Source: Thermoplasmata archaeon (lineage in GTDB: Archaea > Thermoplasmatota > Thermoplasmata > Lutacidiplasmatales > UBA184). From it: a stretch of DNA of 26,561 bases. How positions within the stretch are numbered: position 1 is the stretch's first letter; the number at the start of each line of letters is the position of its first letter. Below the pieces are notes generated by a model. It was given only the letters and a program-made list of their open reading frames with translations. It had not been told where the DNA came from and did not search any database. Shown one piece after another: positions 7,434 to 15,091 of the stretch. Location: positions 1 through 26,561 of the forward strand of contig JAGWLG010000042.1 of assembly GCA_028864975.1 (NCBI GenBank), in the 5' to 3' direction. Position numbers and translations under genes: made by a program.

Positions 7434-7856
7434 TCACTGAAGGGCCTTCCCCTCGAAGATCGCCCGCAGCTGCGCGTCGCGTCGTTCCCATCTGGGCATC
7501 ACACGCCGCTCCCCCCAGGCCCGGAGCTCCTCGATCACGGGTCCAAGTGCCCGACCATCGGCGGTCAGGGAGTAGACGACTTGCACAGGCCGCTCCGTGA
7601 TCACGTGTCGCTCGAGCACCCTGGCTCTCTCGAGGAACTTCAGGGCGGAGCTCAACGTCTTTGCATTGAGCCCTGGGTTCGCGCGGAGGAGTTCGTTGTA
7701 GCGCTTCGGACCTTGCAAGAGGTGTCGCACGACCATCAGACGCCACTTCGTGCCGATGATTTCGACGCTGGCGAAGATGGGACAGATCGAGCTGGAGGAG
7801 AGCGTGGCCCCCCGGGGAGCGCCAGCAGGGGAGACCAGGGCCCGGTTCGCTACCAT
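7434..7856 (-). CDS. HxlR-family (MarR/DUF24) winged-helix regulator with N-terminal CP redox Cys
   Basis: ICPIFASVEIIGTKWRLMVVRHLLQGPKRYNELLRANPGLNAKTLSSALKFLE...VQVVYSLTADGRALGPVIEELRAWGE is the HxlR signature. Confidence 0.93.
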   Translation of the reverse strand: MVANRALVSPAGAPRGATLSSSSICPIFASVEIIGTKWRLMVVRHLLQGPKRYNELLRANPGLNAKTLSSALKFLERARVLERHVITERPVQVVYSLTADGRALGPVIEELRAWGERRVMPRWERRDAQLRAIFEGKALQ

Positions 7857-7866
7857 GAAAGTACGA

Positions 7867-7978
7867 TACTAAGGGAAGTAGATAGACATTATCTATTTTG
7901 TTGCGTGAATAGGCAGCCCCGGCGAAGCGCTTACCTTTGGGCGCCCAACGGAGGCCCGCGCGCGTGCGACATTATCTA
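7867..7978. promoter_or_regulatory. Divergent promoter region with dyads and an 11-bp direct repeat (candidate HxlR operator/TATA elements)
   Basis: AT-rich island containing TACT-N6-AGTA (7867-7880), ATAGA-N5-TCTAT (7882-7896) and GACATTATCTA at both 7885-7895 and 7968-7978. Confidence 0.45.
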
Positions 7979-8007
7979 GACAGCTCGCTCCCGACTCTCG
8001 CATTGCC

Positions 8008-8343
8008 ATGACGTGGAAGCCGACGGGGGTCCCTCTGGGCTCCCTGAAGTCCGGAACGATGCGAGAGGTGGAGGTCGACGGAGAGAGCGTCCTGCTGGTT
8101 CGACTCGTCGACGGGGTCTACGCCACGCAAGCCCGATGCACTCACGAGGCCGGCGCTCTGGCCGACGGAGGGCTCACCGGGGAGAAGGTCCAGTGCCCGG
8201 AGCACGGGGCAACCTTCGATGTGCGCGACGGCAAGGTCCTCGTCGACCCTGACGGGGTCGAGCCGCCTCAGGGCGGGGCGGGCCCCCTCGCGGTGTACGC
8301 GACCCGGGTCCACGAGGGTCAGGTCGAGGTCGACCTCCCTTAG
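8008..8343 (+). CDS. Rieske [2Fe-2S] ferredoxin
   Basis: Ligand motifs RCTHE and QCPEHGATFDVRDGKV (CxH...CxxH); 111 aa. Confidence 0.93.
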   Translation: MTWKPTGVPLGSLKSGTMREVEVDGESVLLVRLVDGVYATQARCTHEAGALADGGLTGEKVQCPEHGATFDVRDGKVLVDPDGVEPPQGGAGPLAVYATRVHEGQVEVDLP

Positions 8344-8388
8344 CTCCCGCTCTCGATGCCCAGGATCGGGACACGTTGGAGGTGGTCG

Positions 8389-10233
8389 ATGACGATCGCG
8401 GTCCTGGTCAAGGTCGTCCCTGACCTCGACAAACTGACCTTCGACCCGCAGACCCGTACCGTCCGTCGCGCGGGCGCCAAGCTGTACATGAACCCTTTTG
8501 ACCAGCGCGCGGTCCTCGCCGCCGTCGATTTTCGGGCCCCCGAAGAGAGGGTCGCCGTGGTCAGCATGGGCCCTCCGGACGCCCGACCCGCGCTTACGGA
8601 AGCCCTGGCCCTCGGCGCCGACAGGGTGTTGCTCGTCAGCGACCGCACCCTCGCTGGGTCGGACACCTGGGTCACCTCGCAGGTCCTCGCAGCAGCCCTC
8701 CGCCGCATCTCCCCCGACCTCGTCCTCGCGGGCCACTACTCCACCGATAGCGAAACGGGGCAAGTTCCCGCCCAGGTCGCGGAACAGCTTGGCCTCCCCC
8801 TCGTCGACGCGGCCCGCAGGATCGAGCGGGGCGGACCCGGCCAACTCTCGGTTCTCGGCGAGACGGCCTCCGGTTCCGCGCGCTACCACGTCGCCCGACC
8901 TTGCCTTGTCACGGTCGGGGAGAAGATCACCAAATCGCGGAAACCGACGCCTGAGGCGCTGGCGCAGGCCCAAGAGAAGCCCTTCGAGGTCCTCTCGGCG
9001 AAGGACCTCGGGCTGGAACCGAACTCCCTCGGTCTTCAGGGATCTCCCACGCAGATCCTCGGCCTGGAGAACGAGGAGCCTGCCCGCCGGCCCTTCGTCG
9101 TTACGAATGGGAACGTCGAGGAACGGGTCCAGCGAGCCGTCGCCAGGATCGTCGAGCTCCTCGGTCGCCCTCGCGATGCGGCTCCTCCTCTGAGAGAAGC
9201 CGTGAGGCCGGAGAACCAAGACGGCGAGGTCATGGTCCTGGCTTCGGGTCCAGAGGGTGGAGTGGACCCCGACGCCCTTCCGCTCATCGCCGAGGTTCGT
9301 CGTCTCCCTCAGCCCCTTTGGCCTTCGGCGATCGTGACCGGGCCTCTCTCGTCGGACGACCGCAGGCGGCTCGCGTCGGTCGGAGCTCTGCGCGTCTACG
9401 CGAAGGCTGGTGGGCCCTGCGAGCTCTCCGCCGAGCAGGCCACGGCCTTGTGCGCGCAAGTTCTTCGAGCCCGCCCGCGATGTGCAGCAGCCCTCTTCCT
9501 CTCCACGTCTTGGTCGCGCGAGATCGCGGGCCGGCTTTCGGGTCGGCTTCAGCTCGGACTGACAGGAGATGCAGTCGGAGTGCGATGGGACGCCGCGCAC
9601 GGGTTGGTCTTTCACAAGCCCTCGTTCGGGGGTGGGCTCGTCGCGCTCGTCGTCTCGCGGCGGCAACCATCGCTTGCGACGGTGCGGCCCGGGGCGCTTG
9701 CTCGGGGGGCTCTCGCGAGTCCCTCGGAGCTCGAGGTGGTCCCCGTCGAAGGGGACCTGCCTCTCTCCAGGGTCGACCGCTCGGACGTTCGCATCGAACG
9801 CGAAGAACGCTTTGGGGAGTTGGACCACGCCCGCACCGTGGTCGCGATCGGTATGGGTATCGGAGGGGCGGATAAGGTGCCGAAGGTTCTGGAGACCGTT
9901 CTCCCGCTCGGTGCGGCCCTCGGGGCCACTCGACGTGTGGTGGATGCAGGGTGGGTGCCAACCCAGCTCCAGATAGGGCTCACGGGGAGATCCCTCGCGC
10001 CGGACCTCTACCTGGGGGTGGGAGTGAGCGGACAGGTGAACCACCTGATCGGGGTCAAACGGGCGAGGGTCTCGGTCGGGATCAATCCCAAGACGACCGA
10101 GCCCCTGTTCCAGCGGGTGGACGTTGGCATCGTGGGAACGTGGCAGGAGGTCTTGGGACCCCTCGTCGAAGAACTTCGACGGTCGGCCCCGCCGGGCCTC
10201 CTCGGTCGCTCGGGTTCCTTCGCGCCCTCGTAG
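8389..10233 (+). CDS. etfB-etfA: Fused electron transfer flavoprotein beta-alpha (EtfB-EtfA/FixAB)
   Basis: ATG 8389 follows GGAGGTGG. The beta part has IAVLVKVVPD...MNPFD, VSMGPP, ALALGADRVLLVSD and STDSETGQV. The alpha FAD domain has LGATRRVVDAGWVPTQLQIGLTGRSLAPDLYLGVGVSGQVNHLIG. Confidence 0.93.
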   Translation: MTIAVLVKVVPDLDKLTFDPQTRTVRRAGAKLYMNPFDQRAVLAAVDFRAPEERVAVVSMGPPDARPALTEALALGADRVLLVSDRTLAGSDTWVTSQVLAAALRRISPDLVLAGHYSTDSETGQVPAQVAEQLGLPLVDAARRIERGGPGQLSVLGETASGSARYHVARPCLVTVGEKITKSRKPTPEALAQAQEKPFEVLSAKDLGLEPNSLGLQGSPTQILGLENEEPARRPFVVTNGNVEERVQRAVARIVELLGRPRDAAPPLREAVRPENQDGEVMVLASGPEGGVDPDALPLIAEVRRLPQPLWPSAIVTGPLSSDDRRRLASVGALRVYAKAGGPCELSAEQATALCAQVLRARPRCAAALFLSTSWSREIAGRLSGRLQLGLTGDAVGVRWDAAHGLVFHKPSFGGGLVALVVSRRQPSLATVRPGALARGALASPSELEVVPVEGDLPLSRVDRSDVRIEREERFGELDHARTVVAIGMGIGGADKVPKVLETVLPLGAALGATRRVVDAGWVPTQLQIGLTGRSLAPDLYLGVGVSGQVNHLIGVKRARVSVGINPKTTEPLFQRVDVGIVGTWQEVLGPLVEELRRSAPPGLLGRSGSFAPS

Positions 10234-10299
10234 CTTCCTTGCACCCGCCGCTAGGACGCTTGCGTCCCACGAGGCACGGCACCTTCTGACCATCCTTAT

Positions 10300-12423
10300 T
10301 TGACCTCGGGGCACGCTTGGGTCGTGGAGCCGCAGGCGCGGGCCCGCGCCGACGTGGAGACACAACCTCTCCCCCCGGGAACCTCGCTCCTTGACCTGGG
10401 CCGTTCGCTCGCTCGCGCGGGGCACGTCGTCGGTCTCTTGGAGACCCTGGGGGCGCCCGGGCCCTCGCTCCTGGTGTGGGACCCGGTCGTGACCTTGAGC
10501 GCTCATGACGGAGGGGTCAGGGTCGAAGACCCCAAGGGGTTCCTTGGGGCATGCGGGCCGTCCCACCCCCGCGACGCTCCGCGGCTCCTCCAGCAACTCT
10601 CCGCCCCCTATCGGACGGAGGAGAACGGGTCGAGCCCACCGGGACTCCCTTTCGTCGGAGGATGGATGGGATTCTGCGGCTACGAGTGGTCGGCCGCGCA
10701 GGAAGGCCCGACCCGTGCGGGCGAAGACGGGGTCCCCGATCTTTGGTTCGGGCTCTTCGACCATGCGGCCGTCCGCCCTTCCGACGGAGAGCCCCTCGTT
10801 CTTGCCGTCCCCTCCTTCCGTGGTACCCGAGTGCGAACCCTGCTGAGGGAGTTGGGCCGCCTCCCACGATCTTCCACCTTCCACCGCGGCCGACCGAGCC
10901 CCCTCCCTTCACCTCGGTCCGACCTTTCTCGGTCCCGCTTTGAGAGCATGGTCCGTGATGTTCGCCGCAGGATCCGACAAGGGGAGGTCTATCAGGTCGA
11001 CATCGCGCGTCGGGTCCGGGCTCCGGATGTTGATCCGTGGGACCTCTATATGCGGCTCCGGGAGGGGAACCCGAGCCCGTTCGTCGGCGTGCTGGACACC
11101 GGGAAGTTCACCATTGTCTCCGGGTCACCCGAGGAACTGGTACGCGTGCGTCAAGGGCCCCGCGGGGACCGATGGGTCTCGACGCGTCCCATCGCGGGGA
11201 CCCGCCCACGGGGAAGGGGGCCGCAGGACCTGCGGAACGAGCGGGCGCTCCGCCGTTCGGCCAAGGAGGTCGCGGAGCACACGATGATCGTCGACCTCGA
11301 GCGTAACGACCTGGGACGCATCTGCGAGCCGGGGAGCGTCGAGGTGGACGAATGGTTGACCGTGGAGCGCTACTCCCACGTCATGCACTTGGTCTCGAAC
11401 GTGCGGGGTCGCCTCCTCCGGGACGTGGGGACCCCTCAGCTCTTCCGAGCGATGATGCCCGGAGGGTCCATCAGCGGGACGCCGAAGATCCGAGCCACCG
11501 AGGTGATCTCCGAGGTGGAGGATGTCCCCCGCGGGGCGTACACCGGTTCGCTCGGATATCTCTCGTTGGACGGGCAGGTGAGCATGAACCTGCTCATCCG
11601 AAGCGCGTTCTTCCCTCACGGAGGGCGAGAGGCCCACCTCTACGCGGGGGCCGGGATCGTCCAGGACTCGCGCTCGGACCGCGAGTGGAACGAGATCGAG
11701 CGCAAGTTCTCCGCGCTCTTTCGAGCCCTCGGGAACGGAGGGCCCCCCACCAGCTCGGGGTTCGCCTGGGCCCCCCCACACCTCTGGGAGGCGTGGAAGG
11801 CCCCCCGACCCGCACGACGCTTCCCCGACCGAAGGGTGCTGCTCGTCGACAACTACGACTCGTTCACCTTCAATCTGGCCCAGTACTTCTCGGCGCTCGG
11901 AGCGCGCGTGCGCGTGGTACGGAACGATGAGCTCCCCCTGGAAGAGCTCCGGGCCTGGGCCCCGAGCCATGTGGTGCTCGCGCCCGGCCCGGGTCGCCCC
12001 CGGGACGCGGGAGTGACCCTGGAAGCGGTCCGCGCGTTCGAGGGGACACCCCTCCTGGGGGTCTGCCTAGGGCACGAATCGATCGTGGAAGCGTACGGCG
12101 GGACCTTGGGACCTGCCCGTCGCCCGGTCCACGGGAAGGCCTCTCCGATCCGACATCGGTCGACCCGGGGCCGACCCGACCTCCTTGGCGACCTTCCGAG
12201 CCGCTTCTCGGGCGCCCGCTACCACTCGCTCGTCGCCTGCAAGGTACCCCCTCAGCTCGAAGTGACCGCGAGGACGCTCCAAGGGGAGGTCATGGCCGTC
12301 CAGCACCGTGACGCCCCGAGCTTCGGGGTACAGTTCCATCCCGAGTCGATCCGGACCCCCGGCGGGATGAGCATCCTCTCCCGCTTCCTGGCCATCGAGC
12401 CGTACCGAGAGAAGCGCGCGTAG
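10300..12423 (+). CDS. Chorismate-utilising MST enzyme fused to class I glutamine amidotransferase; probable aminodeoxychorismate synthase (PabB-PabA order)
   Basis: Synthase motifs are GEVYQV, NPSPF, SPEELV, TRPIAGTRPRG, EHTMIVDLERNDLGR and SGTPKIRA. GATase motifs are LVDNYDSFTFNLAQY, PGPGRP, GVCLGHE and QFHPES. The true start may be GTG 10324 (TTATTT at 10296-10301). Confidence 0.88.
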   Translation: MTSGHAWVVEPQARARADVETQPLPPGTSLLDLGRSLARAGHVVGLLETLGAPGPSLLVWDPVVTLSAHDGGVRVEDPKGFLGACGPSHPRDAPRLLQQLSAPYRTEENGSSPPGLPFVGGWMGFCGYEWSAAQEGPTRAGEDGVPDLWFGLFDHAAVRPSDGEPLVLAVPSFRGTRVRTLLRELGRLPRSSTFHRGRPSPLPSPRSDLSRSRFESMVRDVRRRIRQGEVYQVDIARRVRAPDVDPWDLYMRLREGNPSPFVGVLDTGKFTIVSGSPEELVRVRQGPRGDRWVSTRPIAGTRPRGRGPQDLRNERALRRSAKEVAEHTMIVDLERNDLGRICEPGSVEVDEWLTVERYSHVMHLVSNVRGRLLRDVGTPQLFRAMMPGGSISGTPKIRATEVISEVEDVPRGAYTGSLGYLSLDGQVSMNLLIRSAFFPHGGREAHLYAGAGIVQDSRSDREWNEIERKFSALFRALGNGGPPTSSGFAWAPPHLWEAWKAPRPARRFPDRRVLLVDNYDSFTFNLAQYFSALGARVRVVRNDELPLEELRAWAPSHVVLAPGPGRPRDAGVTLEAVRAFEGTPLLGVCLGHESIVEAYGGTLGPARRPVHGKASPIRHRSTRGRPDLLGDLPSRFSGARYHSLVACKVPPQLEVTARTLQGEVMAVQHRDAPSFGVQFHPESIRTPGGMSILSRFLAIEPYREKRA

Positions 12424-12431
12424 GGGGAGGC

Positions 12432-13280
12432 GTGTCCCGGGTCTGGTGGAACGGGCACGAGATGCCCCAGCAGAAGCTGCCCACAACCCCTGGCTCCCGG
12501 CTCGGCGACGGGGTCCTTGAGACGCTGCGAACCTACGAGGGGGTCCCGTTCCTCCTCGATGCCCACCTTGAGCGGTTGTTCTCCGGGGCACGGTCGATCC
12601 GTTTGGTCGGACTCCCTTCCCGTCGCTCGCTGGATGCGAGGATCCGCGACATCCTTGGCGCCTCACGACGACGGGACCGCATCGACCACGTCGTTCGGAT
12701 CTTGCTCACGGAGGGAGGGGCCCGGACGGATGTCACGGTCGTGCTCGACCCGCTCCCGACCGGGGCGGCCTACCAGGGAACTCGCGGTCTTCGGGTCGGC
12801 ACCTCCGCCTACTCCCACCCGGGACCCTTCTTCCTACCTGCAGGAGCGAAGGGACCCGCGAAGTGGGTCGGCCGCGGTCCGCTGGTCCATGCGCTGCGCG
12901 AGGCACAGAGGCGAGGCTGGGACGAAGCGATCCTGGCGAACGCGCGGGGAGCCTTCGTGGAAGGGACCCGTTCGAACCTCTTCGCGGTGGTGGGAGGTCG
13001 GCTCGTCGCGCCTGGCCCCCGCGCGATGGCGCTGCAGGGGGTCACTCGCAACCTCGTCCTCGTCGCGGCGCGTCGGAAGGGCTGGCGCGTCGAGGACCGC
13101 CCGGTGACCGTCGGCGAGCTTCGGCGGGCCTCCGAGGCGTTCCTCACCTCCTCCCTCCTGGGCGTCGTCCCCATCGTCCGTTGGGGCCGCTGGCACTGGG
13201 GAAGCGAGGGCCCGGTGGTTCGGACCCTGCGTGCAGCCCACTCCAACGAGGTTCGGCGGGCGAACGAACGCTCCGACTAG
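12432..13280 (+). CDS. pabC: PLP-dependent aminotransferase class IV; probable 4-amino-4-deoxychorismate lyase
   Basis: GDGVLETLRTYEGVPFLLDAHLERL, AKW (PLP Lys), EAQRRGWDEAILANARGAFVEGTRSNLF, LQGVTR and EAFLTSSLLGVVPI. GGAGG precedes the GTG. It lies 8 nt after the synthase gene. Confidence 0.8.
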   Translation: MSRVWWNGHEMPQQKLPTTPGSRLGDGVLETLRTYEGVPFLLDAHLERLFSGARSIRLVGLPSRRSLDARIRDILGASRRRDRIDHVVRILLTEGGARTDVTVVLDPLPTGAAYQGTRGLRVGTSAYSHPGPFFLPAGAKGPAKWVGRGPLVHALREAQRRGWDEAILANARGAFVEGTRSNLFAVVGGRLVAPGPRAMALQGVTRNLVLVAARRKGWRVEDRPVTVGELRRASEAFLTSSLLGVVPIVRWGRWHWGSEGPVVRTLRAAHSNEVRRANERSD

Positions 13281-13341
13281 ACTTCGCCAAGAGGGCCTTC
13301 GGAGCGACCGTCCTCCTTATGGACGGGGGCCCTCCGGGGCG

Positions 13342-14166
13342 ATGTTGGCGCCATCCGGATCCTCCCCTCCATCCGCGGAAGGCCTCTCCTCCTTCCGTCG
13401 CGCGGGTCGCGTCACGGAGGTACTCTTCCTGTACGAGGTCGCCCTCCACCGACATGCTCGGCTGCGGCCGATCGCACGAGAGCTAGGGATCACGGTCCAG
13501 GCCGCCTCCCAGCTTAATCGTGCGCTCGAACAGAGGGGCTGGACCCAGCTCGTCGAAGGGAACTACGTGCCCACCGTCCGGGGGATCGCCGCCCTGCACG
13601 AGGCGCTGATCTCCCTGCGGACGGACCTCGACGATCGTCTCGGCAGGCTGCGGGTCGTCACTCGGTGTCGTGCGGTGGCCGCCCGTCCCCTGCGGAAGGG
13701 GCAGCGGGTCGTGCTCCGTCTGGAGGATGGACTCCTCGTCGCGGTCCCGGGGGACCGCGGCCCCTCTCGGGGTCGGACGATGCTGGCGGCGCGGAGGGGG
13801 GACCTGGTCGAAGTGGAAGAGCTCGAGGGCATCCTTCCGCTGCGTCCCCATCCCGTCCGCTGCCTCGTCCTCCCGACCCGCCCTCTGCCCACGAGGCGGG
13901 CTGGGCAGGAGGTCGCCCAAGAGCTGCGAAGAAGCCGCTACGGTCTAGTGGCCGCGGAAGGCCTCGAGGCCTACCACCTGCTCCAGAGGGCCACTGCGCT
14001 TCCCGTCGTCCGTTTCGGGGTGGCCTCGGTCTGCCGCGAGGCCGCTCAGATGGGCGTGCCCGTGCTCGTCGTCGTGGCCGAGGAACGCCTCCCGGCCTTC
14101 CTCCAGAAGCTCTCCGACCCGACCCCCGTCGCCGAGGTCGAGGTGGAGACCCTGGGGGAGGCGTAG
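13342..14166 (+). CDS. Archaeal wHTH transcriptional regulator, COG1497/MJ0558-like
   Basis: TEVLFLYEVALHRHARLRPIARELGITVQAASQLNRALEQRGW...YVPTVRG, then LRKGQRVVLRLEDGLL, RGDLVEV and VAAEGLEA...VVRFGVASVCREAAQMGVPVLVV. ATG 13342 has TTAT about 22-25 nt upstream. Confidence 0.75.
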   Translation: MLAPSGSSPPSAEGLSSFRRAGRVTEVLFLYEVALHRHARLRPIARELGITVQAASQLNRALEQRGWTQLVEGNYVPTVRGIAALHEALISLRTDLDDRLGRLRVVTRCRAVAARPLRKGQRVVLRLEDGLLVAVPGDRGPSRGRTMLAARRGDLVEVEELEGILPLRPHPVRCLVLPTRPLPTRRAGQEVAQELRRSRYGLVAAEGLEAYHLLQRATALPVVRFGVASVCREAAQMGVPVLVVVAEERLPAFLQKLSDPTPVAEVEVETLGEA

Positions 14167-14277
14167 TCGGGTGCCCTCGGCTTTGGCACGCAACCCTCGA
14201 ACACGAGTATGGGATACTAGCGCCGGTCGGAGCAACTCGGGTCCAACCCTATATTATCAAGGAGTGCTCGAACCGGC

Positions 14278-15021
14278 ATGACCCATATCCCTCAGGTCTC
14301 TCCCATCCGTCTCAACCTTGGGAGCGGCGCCAATGGGATCGACGGGTGGATCAACGTCGATGCAGATCCCAAGCTGCGGATGCGCTGGGCGCTCCCCCTC
14401 CTTCGTCTGATGAGGAAGCTCGGGGTGATGTCGGCGGGCACCCTTGCGATGTACGAGGGCGTCCAAGCACCCCCCAACTTGCTGGCCTGGAACTTCGGGC
14501 GCAAGCCGTTGCCGTTCGCGGACGGAACCGTGGATGCGGTGTTCACTTCCCACACCCTAGAACACTTCCCGAGATGGCAGGCCGAGCAAGTGGCCCGCGA
14601 AGCATTCCGGGTGCTGCGTCCGGGAGGGATCCTTCGGGTGACCGTACCGGACCTAGAGGTGATCGCCCGTCGCTATTTGATCAGCAAAGGTGGAGCCTTG
14701 GACTTGCTGGCTCCCGAGCAAAGGGAACCGATGAGCGCACGCGAGGTCAACATGATCTTCTACACCAAGGACCACGTTCAGAAGGGGTCCCGGTTGGATT
14801 CTGTGGACTTCCGACTTGCGGGGATCGCTCCCCACATGTACATCTTCGACACGGCGGACATGTCCGACCTGCTGCATCGTGCCGGATTCCAGGACGTCGA
14901 GAAGTGCTCCTTCCGCGTCGGAAAATGCCCGGACGTGGGGAAGCTTGACAACCGGCCCGCTGAAACGCTCTACCTCGAGGGCCACAAGCCTGCCAACGTC
15001 GATGGCCGCGACCGGGGCTAG
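14278..15021 (+). CDS. Class I SAM-dependent methyltransferase (Methyltransf_11 type, common in glycan loci)
   Basis: RLNLGSGANGIDGWINVD, LPFADGTVDAVFTSHTLEHF and RVLRPGGILRVTVPDL. TATATTAT at 14250-14257. Confidence 0.9.
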   Translation: MTHIPQVSPIRLNLGSGANGIDGWINVDADPKLRMRWALPLLRLMRKLGVMSAGTLAMYEGVQAPPNLLAWNFGRKPLPFADGTVDAVFTSHTLEHFPRWQAEQVAREAFRVLRPGGILRVTVPDLEVIARRYLISKGGALDLLAPEQREPMSAREVNMIFYTKDHVQKGSRLDSVDFRLAGIAPHMYIFDTADMSDLLHRAGFQDVEKCSFRVGKCPDVGKLDNRPAETLYLEGHKPANVDGRDRG

Positions 15022-15091
15022 TGAACCTCGGCCAAGCATGGCCGGTCGCGAGCTCAGGGGCCGCCGCCCATTCGGTGGAGGTGCTGGCCAC

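Noticed and set aside
7972-10884. 970-aa minus-strand ORF
   Set aside because: It is an antisense shadow of the Rieske, ETF and pab genes. It is Arg/Gly/Pro-rich with no motifs, and long stop-free antisense frames are expected at this GC content.
10300-12423. Calling the fusion trpEG of tryptophan synthesis
   Set aside because: No other trp genes are nearby and the neighbour is PabC-like. It cannot be excluded, so no gene symbol was given.
13665-14948. 427-aa plus-strand ORF bridging the regulator and methyltransferase
   Set aside because: It is an alternative frame over two genes with clear family signatures, and its composition is Arg/Gly/Pro-biased.
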